Shown here: in pieces, positions 28,866 to 37,852 of the stretch
How the letters are laid out: every line of letters begins with the position of its first letter
Position numbering within the stretch: the stretch's first letter is position 1
Assembly (NCBI GenBank): GCA_025454955.1
Contig: JALONL010000003.1
Coordinates: 271,426 to 335,425 of the forward strand
DNA: 64,000 nt
DNA from: Bacteroidia bacterium
GTDB lineage: Bacteria; Bacteroidota; Bacteroidia; Palsa-965
Direction of reading: 5' to 3'
Program-made: the position numbers and the translations under genes
The notes under the pieces: generated by a model
The model's database searches: none
Seen by the model: only the letters and a program-made list of their open reading frames with translations
Told to the model about the DNA's origin: nothing

Positions 28866-30724
28866 TAGTCGGCTACTTTATCACCGCGCAGTTCGCGGTA
28901 GCGTTTTCTTGCATCCACCACAAATAAACTTCCGGGAAACTGCGTAAGCAGTTTCTGATAGCATTCCATGGCTTTTGCTTTATCGTCGAGATGAAATTCG
29001 TAGAGTTCGGCCAAACGGAAAAGGGCATCGTCGCCCAGCACATCGTCGCTGTACATGCTCAGCAGTTTGTCGAGTTGTTTGCCGGCCTCTGTCCAGTTCT
29101 GCTGCTTCATGGCAATGCGGTAGCGCAGAAAAAGCACATCATCGGCAATGGAATGCGTAGAGTACATGCGGTCGATGGAGTCGAGATAAGTGCCTGCCAG
29201 GTCGAAGCGGTTTTGAAAAAGCATGAGGTCGGCCTGCGCAAACCAGTTGAGCGGTTCGGGATTGCTGTCGAGCGCGAAGTTGTCAGTAATGAGTATCGAC
29301 AAATACATCGCGTCGTTGGAGATGAGTTTTGAGGTAGAACCTTTGAGCACGTTCAGCTGCACCTGCGACCATTTGAAATCGCCAATGTAAAAGGCCACTT
29401 TGGCGTTTCGGTATTTGGCTTCCTGGCCCACAGTTTCGCGCTTGAATGCTTTTTCTACCTGCGAGTAGCGCAGCGAGGCTTCCCACACCTGCCCGTCAAG
29501 CAAAAGCACATCGCCGAGTTCGAGTTTGCTTTCGGCCTGTTTTTCTGGATTTACGCCGGGCAGGGCAATGGCTTTTTCGAGCAGTTGCACCGCTTCGCCG
29601 GTTTTGAAAAGGTAAAATGCCTGCAGGTGCGCCAGGCTTCGCATGAGGTCTATGGTGGTTCCGTCTTCGCCCAGTTCGGTGAGTGTGGTTTTCATCTCGG
29701 TTTCGAGCTGAAGGAGTTCGGTGCGGGTGTAGTTGCTGCGTGCGGTAATTTGTTCGCTGCGCGTGGTTACCCTGTCGGTGCGGGCTTTGCGGTAGTTTCC
29801 GCCGCCGGGGCCGAGGCCGATCACATAATCATAGCCTGAAATGGCTGCGTCGTATTCTTCGTTGAAACGTGCCACGGCGGCCAGTTCCATTACGTTGGTG
29901 CCGTCGGTTTTTCGGCGTTTGTCGATGGCTTTGGCCTGCACCATTGCGGCGCGGAAATCTTTCTGCTGCATAAACAGCCACATCAGCATTTCCGACCAGA
30001 TCAGGTTATCGGGCTCTTTTTGCGAACGTCGCAAAAGTTCGGTGCGCAGCGCGGGTTCTACTTTTTCCTCGCGGTCTTCGTCCATCCAGGCCTGCAGGCG
30101 GTTTTGTACCTGTTGCCTTTCGCCCGAGGGATTTTGAGCGGCCATGTCGAGGCATTCGTTTACCATGAGCGCATATTCTTTGCGCAGGTAATACACTTCG
30201 GCCAGTTCGTTGCCAAAGTTGTAGCGTTCGCCCATTTCGCGGCGGCCGCGTTTGAGCGCGTCCACTGCAAACTGCGTTTCGTTGAGTCCGAGAAAAGCAT
30301 TGGCCAGATCAATTACCGCCGTGGCCGAAGTGGTTTGCGTAATGGCATTGATGGCGGCGTTGAATTCTTTCTTCGCCTTGTCTTCATCGCCCTGTGCGCG
30401 ATACACGCGGGCCATGTCCACACGGAAACGCAAATCGAGCGGATAACGCTTGCTCTGGCGCGTGACTACTTTTTCGGCCTTGCGGAAGTTTTTGGTCTGA
30501 ATAAGGCAGTTGAGGTAGTAATTGTAATAGATCGCAATCGGATTGCGGTCGTACAATTTCTCGTAATACACCAATGCCTTGTCATACTCTCCGGCCGAGT
30601 AGTACTGACCCGCAAGCTGCTCGTCGGGCGAAACAGTCTGCGGCGGCACAGGCTGACAAAACGCTGCCTGTGGTGCGGTTGTGAGCACCAGAGTAAGCAG
30701 CAATATCAGCCTGAATATTTTCAT
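28865..30724 (-). CDS. Tetratricopeptide-repeat protein, secreted
   Basis: Signal peptide MKIFRLILLLTLVLTTAPQAAFC, followed by multiple TPR-like A/Y/L repeats. Confidence 0.7.
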   Translation of the reverse strand: MKIFRLILLLTLVLTTAPQAAFCQPVPPQTVSPDEQLAGQYYSAGEYDKALVYYEKLYDRNPIAIYYNYYLNCLIQTKNFRKAEKVVTRQSKRYPLDLRFRVDMARVYRAQGDEDKAKKEFNAAINAITQTTSATAVIDLANAFLGLNETQFAVDALKRGRREMGERYNFGNELAEVYYLRKEYALMVNECLDMAAQNPSGERQQVQNRLQAWMDEDREEKVEPALRTELLRRSQKEPDNLIWSEMLMWLFMQQKDFRAAMVQAKAIDKRRKTDGTNVMELAAVARFNEEYDAAISGYDYVIGLGPGGGNYRKARTDRVTTRSEQITARSNYTRTELLQLETEMKTTLTELGEDGTTIDLMRSLAHLQAFYLFKTGEAVQLLEKAIALPGVNPEKQAESKLELGDVLLLDGQVWEASLRYSQVEKAFKRETVGQEAKYRNAKVAFYIGDFKWSQVQLNVLKGSTSKLISNDAMYLSILITDNFALDSNPEPLNWFAQADLMLFQNRFDLAGTYLDSIDRMYSTHSIADDVLFLRYRIAMKQQNWTEAGKQLDKLLSMYSDDVLGDDALFRLAELYEFHLDDKAKAMECYQKLLTQFPGSLFVVDARKRYRELRGDKVAD

Positions 30725-30726
30725 CG

Positions 30727-31365
30727 TTAATATCTTTCGATTTCGTTTTTACCTTCCTTTTCGCCCTTGGGCGGCAGCGGCATGGGCACGTTTCCTGTGC
30801 GGGTTTTAATCAGTTCCAGATATTGATTAACGCGCGGAACGAGTGTATCGTATTGCGAACTGGCCTGAATATATCTTTTTTGGATATCGCCCGCAAAAGC
30901 GTACAACTGGCTGGCCTGTCTTGCTTCATACGCCACGGCCGAATCGGGTGTGATTCCGGCATTAAGCGAGTTGGAACGAAGATCATTTACCAGATTGCCC
31001 AAATTGATGCGTGTGGAATCGATGGCGCGGCGCAGCAGGCCGTGGTTTTTTTCCACCACTTCAAAATTTTTGTACAGCGAACGGTAATCGGTGAGGAACA
31101 ATGCCGTGTTAAAGTCAAGCGTATCGCCCATTTTGGGAATGCTTGACTGTATAAACTGCGAATTGTTTTTTATTTGCCGGGCAATATCTTCGGCTTTTTC
31201 GGCATCTACTTTATTGAGAATCGAATCGGCACTGCCGAGTACGGCGGCGAGTTTTTCGGCTTCCACGGCGGCTTTTTCGTTGGCTGCGGGTGTTCCGCAA
31301 CCGGCCAGCAGTAAAAGGCCCAGAGCCGATGCAAGAATGTTGTTTGTGTTCATACGCCTGTTCAT
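30727..31365 (-). CDS. Hypothetical lipoprotein
   Basis: Signal peptide with a lipobox (LLLLAGCGTP). Its start overlaps the serS stop. Confidence 0.5.
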   Translation of the reverse strand: MNRRMNTNNILASALGLLLLAGCGTPAANEKAAVEAEKLAAVLGSADSILNKVDAEKAEDIARQIKNNSQFIQSSIPKMGDTLDFNTALFLTDYRSLYKNFEVVEKNHGLLRRAIDSTRINLGNLVNDLRSNSLNAGITPDSAVAYEARQASQLYAFAGDIQKRYIQASSQYDTLVPRVNQYLELIKTRTGNVPMPLPPKGEKEGKNEIERY

Positions 31366-32639
31366 CAGTTAATCCATTCAAAGCCGGTGTACCTGTGCAG
31401 CACATCGGGCAGGCGAATGCCTTCGGGTGTCTGGTTGTTTTCGAGCAATGCGGCCACAATTCGGGGCAGGGCCAGTGCGCTGCCGTTGAGTGTGTGCGCA
31501 AGCTGTGTTTTGCCGGTGCCTTCGCGGAAACGGAGTTTCAGTCGGTTGCTCTGGAAACTTTCGAAGTTTGACACCGAACTTACTTCAAGCCAACGCTGCT
31601 GTGCGGCAGAAAACACTTCCATGTCGTAAGTTTTGGCCGATGCAAAACTCATATCGCCTCCGCACAGCAGCAGGGTGCGGAAGGGGAGATCGAGGTCTTT
31701 GAGCAAACCGGCTACAAAGTGGCGCATTTCTTCGAGCACTTCGTAGGAATTGGCTGGATTGGCCACCTGTACAATTTCTACTTTATCAAACTGGTGCAAA
31801 CGGTTAAGGCCGCGCACGTCTTTGCCATACGAACCGGCTTCGCGACGGAAGCAGGGTGTGTATCCGCAGTTTTTTACCGGAAGTTCTTCGGCCTGAAGAA
31901 TTACATCGCGGTAAATATTGGTAATGGGTACTTCGGCAGTGGGAATGAGATAGAGTTCATCTTCATTCACATAATACATCTGTCCTTCCTTATCAGGAAG
32001 CTGGCCGGTGCCAAACCCTGAATCTTTATTTACCAGAATGGGCGGCTGCACTTCGAGATAACCGGCGGCGGTGGCGCGGTCGAGGAAGAAGTTGATGAGT
32101 GCGCGCTGCAGCCTTGCGCCTTTGCCTTTGTACACGGGGAAACCGGCACCGGTAAGTTTTACACCCAGTTCAAAATCGATAAGGTCGTATTTTGAAGCGA
32201 GATCCCAGTGCGGCACGGCACCTTCGTAGAGTGCGGGCACGGTGCCGTGTTCAAATACCACGGCATTGTCTTCGGGTGTGCGTCCGGGAGGCACTTCGTG
32301 ATGCGGCAGGTTGGGCAGTTGCACGAGCATTTCGTGCAGCTCGGTTTCAAAGCCCGCAAGCGTGGCTTCGAGATTTTTGATGGTTTCTTTGAGCGCCGTG
32401 CTTTTGTTTTTAAAGTCTTCGGCCTCGTCTTTTTTTCCGGCTTTCATCAGATTGCCAATTTGCCCGGCAATCTGGTTGGCATCGGCTTTCAGGCTGTCCG
32501 ATTCCACCTGGGCGCGCCTGCGGTCGGCATCTTTGGCAAGGATAGCGTCAACAAGCACATCCGCATTCTTCACATTTTTTTTGGTGAGGCGTTGGATGGT
32601 TTCTTCCCTGTTGTCGCGGATAAAATTGAGTTGCAGCAT
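31365..32639 (-). CDS. serS: Serine--tRNA ligase
   Basis: N-terminal coiled-coil MLQLNFIRDNREE, and class II aaRS motifs including FRREAGSYGKDVRGLNRLHQFDKVE. Confidence 0.95.
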   Translation of the reverse strand: MLQLNFIRDNREETIQRLTKKNVKNADVLVDAILAKDADRRRAQVESDSLKADANQIAGQIGNLMKAGKKDEAEDFKNKSTALKETIKNLEATLAGFETELHEMLVQLPNLPHHEVPPGRTPEDNAVVFEHGTVPALYEGAVPHWDLASKYDLIDFELGVKLTGAGFPVYKGKGARLQRALINFFLDRATAAGYLEVQPPILVNKDSGFGTGQLPDKEGQMYYVNEDELYLIPTAEVPITNIYRDVILQAEELPVKNCGYTPCFRREAGSYGKDVRGLNRLHQFDKVEIVQVANPANSYEVLEEMRHFVAGLLKDLDLPFRTLLLCGGDMSFASAKTYDMEVFSAAQQRWLEVSSVSNFESFQSNRLKLRFREGTGKTQLAHTLNGSALALPRIVAALLENNQTPEGIRLPDVLHRYTGFEWIN

Positions 32640-32683
32640 ATATGTTTGAAAATACAGTGTTCAAAGTTAGCACGTTTGCGTGT

Positions 32684-33433
32684 TCAGTGGGCGGCGGTTT
32701 GTGGTAAATAGTGACTAATTACCAGCCATATTCCCACCAGCAGCAGCAAAACGAGCAGAAGTTTACGCCAGAAAGTTTCTTCGAGGCGCATCACTAATTT
32801 TTTGCCCATCCACGAACCCACCCAGGCCACCACCAGCAGCACGGGCACCCAAATCAGCCCCGAATCGGGCAGGTAGTCGAATTGCAGGTACACCACGGCC
32901 CGCAGCAAATCAACACCCATGTCTATGGCCGCCGAAGTGGCAATAAACGCTTCCTTCCCCAGCCCGAAAGCCGCCAGTCCCAATCCGCGAATGGCTCCGC
33001 CGGTGCCCACCAGTCCGGCAAAGAAACCGGCCGTGCCTCCGGTTACAATGGCAGTTCCGGCTACCGGTTTGAGCTTCAGTTTGGGCATTATCAGCAGCAG
33101 CGTGCTCAGCAAAATAATGGAAATACCCAGCAGCAGGGTGGCCGTTTCGGAACTGATGTGCGCCGTAAGCTGTGCGCCCACCCACACCAATGCCACACTC
33201 GGAATGCCAAACAGCAGCAGCAAGCGCCGGTTTATATTTCCGCGAAACAGCCAGAGTTTCGAAATATTGCTGAACACATGCAGCAAAGCCGTAAGCGCCA
33301 GCACCGTATGCAGGTCGAAAAAAAGCCCCGCCACCGGCACAAAAAACACCGACGAGCCAAACCCGCCCACCGTGCCGATAATTTCGGACAGTAAGGCAAG
33401 CAGCGAGAAAAGTATGCCGGCAATAACGCTCAC
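32684..33433 (-). CDS. Sulfite exporter TauE/SafE-family membrane protein
   Basis: 249 aa. Internally duplicated 4-TM halves, with the GGxGG pattern of TauE. Confidence 0.7.
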   Translation of the reverse strand: MSVIAGILFSLLALLSEIIGTVGGFGSSVFFVPVAGLFFDLHTVLALTALLHVFSNISKLWLFRGNINRRLLLLFGIPSVALVWVGAQLTAHISSETATLLLGISIILLSTLLLIMPKLKLKPVAGTAIVTGGTAGFFAGLVGTGGAIRGLGLAAFGLGKEAFIATSAAIDMGVDLLRAVVYLQFDYLPDSGLIWVPVLLVVAWVGSWMGKKLVMRLEETFWRKLLLVLLLLVGIWLVISHYLPQTAAH

Positions 33434-33457
33434 CTGAGATCAGGGTTTGTGAATTGG

Positions 33458-33501
33458 TAAAAATAGAAAAACCGTTTCGGGGATTGATGCCGAAACGGTT
33501 T
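33458..33501 (-). terminator. Rho-independent terminator for the rplU-rpmA operon
   Basis: 12-bp stem aaaccgtttcgg / ccgaaacggttt. On the minus strand the stem is followed by TTTTCTATTTTT. Confidence 0.7.
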
Positions 33502-33525
33502 CTGAAAGAGCTGAAGTACGATCAG

Positions 33526-33789
33526 TTAGTCGGCCTGGATAGGGTCAACTGATACATACGACTTGTTGTCGCGTTTTTTGCGGAAAGCAACAATACCGTC
33601 CACGAGGGCATACAAAGTATGGTCTTTGCCAATACCTACGTTCGGGCCGGGATTGTGACGTGTACCACGCTGGCGAACGATGATGTTGCCTGCAATGGCG
33701 AGCTGACCGCCGTATATTTTCACGCCGAGGCGTTTACTTTCGGATTCGCGGCCGTTCTTTACTTTACCTTCGCCTTTCTTGTGAGCCAT
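33526..33789 (-). CDS. rpmA: 50S ribosomal protein L27
   Basis: [29 protein letters not shown], canonical L27. Confidence 0.95.
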   Translation of the reverse strand: MAHKKGEGKVKNGRESESKRLGVKIYGGQLAIAGNIIVRQRGTRHNPGPNVGIGKDHTLYALVDGIVAFRKKRDNKSYVSVDPIQAD

Positions 33790-33817
33790 GGTGTAAAGTT
33801 GTTATTGGTTGGTAAAA

Positions 33818-34351
33818 TTAATCGTCGTTTTTCTTTTTAGCGGCTTTCTTGGCAGCGGGCTTTTTGGCGGCTGCTTTTTTAGCGGCTTTTTTGGGCTTTT
33901 CTTCGGCCACCTCTTCGGCTGCTTCGGGAGCGTCTTCGTTGTTCCAAACCTTTTTAGAGGGCTTCACGCGTGAACGCTCTTTGAGGGTAAGGATAGAAGC
34001 TACTTCGAGTTTGGCGTCGGCCTCGCTGAGTTTTTCACCTTTGCCGAGAACGGCCTGGATGAGAAGCTCGGTGAGTTGCTGACGGTGACCGTTCATTTTC
34101 TGATAGCCTTTGCGGCGTTTCTTTTTGAAAACGATCACTTTGTCGCCTTTCAGGTGTGAAAGAACTTTTGCGGCCACGCGGGCTCCGTCGATAACGGGTG
34201 AGCCTACGGTGATTTTGCCGCTGTTGTCAATGAGAAGGACCTTGTCGAGTTCGATGCTGGCACCTTCGTTAGCCTCGAGGCGGTGCACAAAAACCCGCTG
34301 GTTTTTGGCCACTTTGTACTGGAGCCCGGCTACTTCTACGATAGCGTACAT
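33818..34351 (-). CDS. rplU: 50S ribosomal protein L21, with a lysine/alanine-rich C-terminal extension
   Basis: MYAIVEVAGLQYKV..., a canonical L21 core of about 105 aa, then about 70 aa of a KKAAKKAAAKKPAAKKAAKKK tail. Confidence 0.9.
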   Translation of the reverse strand: MYAIVEVAGLQYKVAKNQRVFVHRLEANEGASIELDKVLLIDNSGKITVGSPVIDGARVAAKVLSHLKGDKVIVFKKKRRKGYQKMNGHRQQLTELLIQAVLGKGEKLSEADAKLEVASILTLKERSRVKPSKKVWNNEDAPEAAEEVAEEKPKKAAKKAAAKKPAAKKAAKKKNDD

Positions 34352-34389
34352 ATTGAGTTGTGTTTAGTTTTTTCCCGATTCGGGACGGC

Positions 34390-34397
34390 AAAGGTAA
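34390..34397 (-). promoter_or_regulatory. Candidate Bacteroidota -7 promoter element (TAnnTTTG) upstream of rplU
   Basis: On the minus strand the sequence reads TACCTTTG, about 40 nt upstream of the rplU ATG. This rests on motif matching only. Confidence 0.25.
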
Positions 34398-34510
34398 ATA
34401 AATTATCGAATCGCCCACTGCTTTTCCGCCTTTTTTCGGCAGAAAATCAGGGTGATGAAAGTTCTTTTTGTGCGCTCTATTTTGTTATCTCATTGAAAAA
34501 CAGTGGAATA

Positions 34511-35863
34511 CTAAATTTTTGCCAAAATGGCCTGTTCCACCTCGTCGGAGTCCCAGCGTTGTTCCAGATCGGGGAACCGGGACATTACTTCCTGCATAAT
34601 GGCTTCCTGCCGCTGGCCTTCGCGCAGGGCGGTGGAGTAGCGTATGTGCGGGCTGTAGGTGACCATGGAATACAGCGGAATCCATTTATCGGGGTATTTG
34701 GCACTGAAACGGGCTTCGATTTTCTTTTGGAGCAGGAATTTGGGGTCGGCGGTTTTGTCGCGCATTTCTATGAAATTGGCTAAGGCCAGGTCGGCCACGG
34801 CATCGCCATCGGGTTTGCGCAGGTGCTGGTATTCGGCCAGTATGTCGGGCCAGTTTTCGGCGTGTTTGTCGATGAGTTCGTTTAATACCACGCAGTCTTC
34901 GAAGCCGCAGTTCATGCCTTGTCCGTAAAACGGCACTATGGCGTGGGCAGCATCGCCAATGAGTGCGAGGCGGTCGGCAAAAGTCCAGGGATAGCATTTC
35001 ACCGTAACCAGCGACGAAGTGGGATTGGCGAAATAATCGTCGAGCAGGGTAGGCATTAGCGGCACGGCATCGGGGAAAACGCGGTCGAAAAATGCCTTTA
35101 CATCGTCGCGTGTTTTCAGTGCGGCAAACGACTCCTCGCCTTCAAACGGGAAAAACAGCGTGCAGGTAAAACTGCCGTCGGGATTGGGCAGCGCAATCAT
35201 CATATAATTTTTGCGCGGCCAGATGTGCAGGGCATTTTTCTCGAGTAAAAATTCGCCGTTTGGCCCGGCCGGAATGTTCAGCTCTTTGTAGCCGTGCTCA
35301 ATGTAAAACTGCCGGTATTCGAAACGGTCGTTGTGCAGCATCATGCTCAGCCGCGCCGCCGAAAAAGCACCGTCTGAGCCGAAAATAAGGTCGGAGGTAT
35401 GATGCGTTTCGGCCTGTGTATCGCCGTGGCGGAAAATGCTTTCGCCGTTTTTCAAATCAACTTTTTCGCAGGCCTGCTCGAAGTGCATGGTTACATTGGG
35501 CTGTGCCTCGGCCAGATCCATGAGCCGCATATTAATGCCGCCGCGCGATACCGACCAGATGGCCTGCCCGTCTTTGCCATACTGCTGAAACACCTGCGAG
35601 CCGTCAACGTGGTGAATCTGCCGCCCGTACATCGGTATCCCGATTTTACGTATTTCATCGGCAATGCCCACGCCTTCGAGTCCGCGCCAGCCGCGGTCGC
35701 TGAGGGCAAGGTTAATGGAGCGGCCGGCGTAAGCACCGCCTTTGCGCATATCGGCGCGGCGTTCGAATACATCAACTTTGTAGCCGCGCTTGGCGAGGTA
35801 AATGGATAGGAGTGAGCCTACAAGGCCCGCTCCGATAACGGTGGCTGATTTAGAAGTACTCAT
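34511..35863 (-). CDS. kmo: FAD-dependent aromatic monooxygenase, likely kynurenine 3-monooxygenase
   Basis: N-terminal FAD-binding motif VIGAGLVGSLLSIYLAKRG, DG and GD(A)AH motifs, and a length of about 450 aa. The call is supported by the nearby kynureninase gene. Confidence 0.7.
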   Translation of the reverse strand: MSTSKSATVIGAGLVGSLLSIYLAKRGYKVDVFERRADMRKGGAYAGRSINLALSDRGWRGLEGVGIADEIRKIGIPMYGRQIHHVDGSQVFQQYGKDGQAIWSVSRGGINMRLMDLAEAQPNVTMHFEQACEKVDLKNGESIFRHGDTQAETHHTSDLIFGSDGAFSAARLSMMLHNDRFEYRQFYIEHGYKELNIPAGPNGEFLLEKNALHIWPRKNYMMIALPNPDGSFTCTLFFPFEGEESFAALKTRDDVKAFFDRVFPDAVPLMPTLLDDYFANPTSSLVTVKCYPWTFADRLALIGDAAHAIVPFYGQGMNCGFEDCVVLNELIDKHAENWPDILAEYQHLRKPDGDAVADLALANFIEMRDKTADPKFLLQKKIEARFSAKYPDKWIPLYSMVTYSPHIRYSTALREGQRQEAIMQEVMSRFPDLEQRWDSDEVEQAILAKI

Positions 35864-36462
35864 TTAAGCAAAGATTCATTTAACACCTCCACCAGTTTAT
35901 GTACAGTGGTGTAAGGGCATTTTAGTGGATTTATGGGTTTATTGCGAAGTTCAAGTTGTTTGGCGTGCCGTATCGCTGCTCGTTGGCGTAGAAGCAAAGA
36001 GCGGTACATATCTTCCGATGATTTTGAATATTTGTAGCCAAGTAAATGGTTTAATTTGCTGATGTAATCTTTACGCCCCAAACCTGTTTCGAGCAAATGA
36101 AAGTGAAGATAATACCAAAGCTCAAACGATTCATTGGAATAGGCCAGATTAATGCCATGCTGCTCAGCCATTTTGTGTGCCAACGCCACAGCCGGGGCTG
36201 GAAATGAGTCGCGGTCAAGTACACACCAAACTTCATTGAAATGTATCTGCGCGCTTCTGTATTTTTCTCGCTGGGCAATGGTGTATTGAATCAATGAAAC
36301 CGTATTCATTCCGGTTCCCTCAATAATTGTCCGCGGCACCCTGAATCCTTTAAAGTAATTCGGTTCCGTTTTTCCACCCTCACAAACAATCAAAAAAGAA
36401 TTTCGGATTTCTTTTTTCGAAATTGAACGTTCAAAACGATTCTCTTTTGATCCCATTGGCAT
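35860..36462 (-). CDS. RloB-like protein (AbiLii-like TOPRIM-type partner)
   Basis: Hallmark RloB-family motifs: LIVCEGGKTEPNYF, WCVLDRDSF (DxD) and AYSNESFELW. It overlaps the upstream ATPase region end-to-start (stop at 36466, start at 36462). The pair is AT-rich. Confidence 0.7.
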   Translation of the reverse strand: MPMGSKENRFERSISKKEIRNSFLIVCEGGKTEPNYFKGFRVPRTIIEGTGMNTVSLIQYTIAQREKYRSAQIHFNEVWCVLDRDSFPAPAVALAHKMAEQHGINLAYSNESFELWYYLHFHLLETGLGRKDYISKLNHLLGYKYSKSSEDMYRSLLLRQRAAIRHAKQLELRNKPINPLKCPYTTVHKLVEVLNESLLK

Positions 36463-36465
36463 CCG

Positions 36466-37803
36466 TTAGTTCATTATGGTGGATGAAAATGCAGAACTAA
36501 AGGGAACACCACCTAAAAGACCGTCAAGATAGGCTTTGCGAATATCCTTGTCGTGCTTTAGTTTGAAATCAGCCACAGAAAAAAGCCTGCTTTCGCCAAA
36601 TTCGGTTTTTTCGGTTAACCATATTTCATCTCGTCTGAACAGGTGTGTGCTCATTTGCATCACATCATGTGTGGTGGCAATAAGTTGCCCCTGGGCAAAA
36701 TCAGAATGGTTAAGAAAGTATTCAAAAAATTGACGCACAAGTTTCGGATGGAGGCTACGGTCAATTTCATCAATCACACACACACCGCCTTTCATAAGAC
36801 TGAAAAGCAACGGAATAAGATCCATCATGCGTTGTGTGCCATCCGACTCTTCCGAAATCTCAAAGAAAATATCTTTGTTTTCCCTTGTTTTATGTATGGT
36901 GGTTAATTTATAGGCTTTGATTTTGCCTTTTTCCATCTCAAAAATATAGCGCAAACCACTTGATGAAGGAACGATGGATATCTGATTTTCTTCAAAGGAA
37001 TGAACTATATCTTCAATTACAATTGACGGCAAATCGGGTATTTTCTCAATATCTGTTTCTGTGCATTCAATGCCTGATATGCCGGTGTCAAAGCCACGTA
37101 AAAAAGCAGAGAACCGTTCTTTAAAATCAATATTATTCTTAATATGAAATTCCAGCAACCCGAATTTTGATTCAGGAAAAACAAGTGTAAGCTGGTCGTC
37201 GAACCAGTTATAGACAGATTGAAAAAACTCGTCGTTGTTTTCGGCAAGCTTGCGGAGCAACAGTTGTTCGGGACGTGTGGCATCCTGCGCAAACTGATAA
37301 AATGCGGCCGTTTTACTGCCAATTTTCGTAATTCCCGGATTGTAGGTTACATCAACATCGCCCTTAACTGATGTGGTGCGTAAATAAATATTTTTCTCTG
37401 TTGTTTTTTTCTGTTCGGTAAGCCATTCTTTACGAATTCTGTAGCGCGTAAACTCAAATCCGTATGTGAAAATCCGGTCACCAATTTTGATATCAAATTC
37501 AAAACGGGTAGGCTTCTTCAGCATTTCGGCATCCAGCCTGAAAGGTGTGTATGGCAGGGGTTTTCCCGGAGCAAAGGACCCGGTAAGCATTAACTTTGCC
37601 ACCTGCATGGCTTTAATCAGATTCGATTTTCCCGAAGCATTTGCCCCGTAAATTACCGCTGTCCGCAATACATCAATGGAAAAGCGGGAATCGTTTCCCT
37701 TAACCACATGTTTGTTATGGATTGCCTCTCGCGAAGCAACCATATTTAAAACCTGTTCCTTTTTAAAGGAAAGGAAATTCGACACAGCGAAACGAATCAA
37801 CAT
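36466..37803 (-). CDS. AAA-family ATPase (AAA_21-like; RloA or AbiLi-like)
   Basis: Walker A IYGANASGKSNLIKAM; Walker B VCVIDEIDRSLHP; H-loop-like IATTHD. Confidence 0.8.
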   Translation of the reverse strand: MLIRFAVSNFLSFKKEQVLNMVASREAIHNKHVVKGNDSRFSIDVLRTAVIYGANASGKSNLIKAMQVAKLMLTGSFAPGKPLPYTPFRLDAEMLKKPTRFEFDIKIGDRIFTYGFEFTRYRIRKEWLTEQKKTTEKNIYLRTTSVKGDVDVTYNPGITKIGSKTAAFYQFAQDATRPEQLLLRKLAENNDEFFQSVYNWFDDQLTLVFPESKFGLLEFHIKNNIDFKERFSAFLRGFDTGISGIECTETDIEKIPDLPSIVIEDIVHSFEENQISIVPSSSGLRYIFEMEKGKIKAYKLTTIHKTRENKDIFFEISEESDGTQRMMDLIPLLFSLMKGGVCVIDEIDRSLHPKLVRQFFEYFLNHSDFAQGQLIATTHDVMQMSTHLFRRDEIWLTEKTEFGESRLFSVADFKLKHDKDIRKAYLDGLLGGVPFSSAFSSTIMN

Positions 37804-37852
37804 TCCTTCAATTTTCTACAAATCTAACGATTTTTTCACCGAAACTGCAAAT

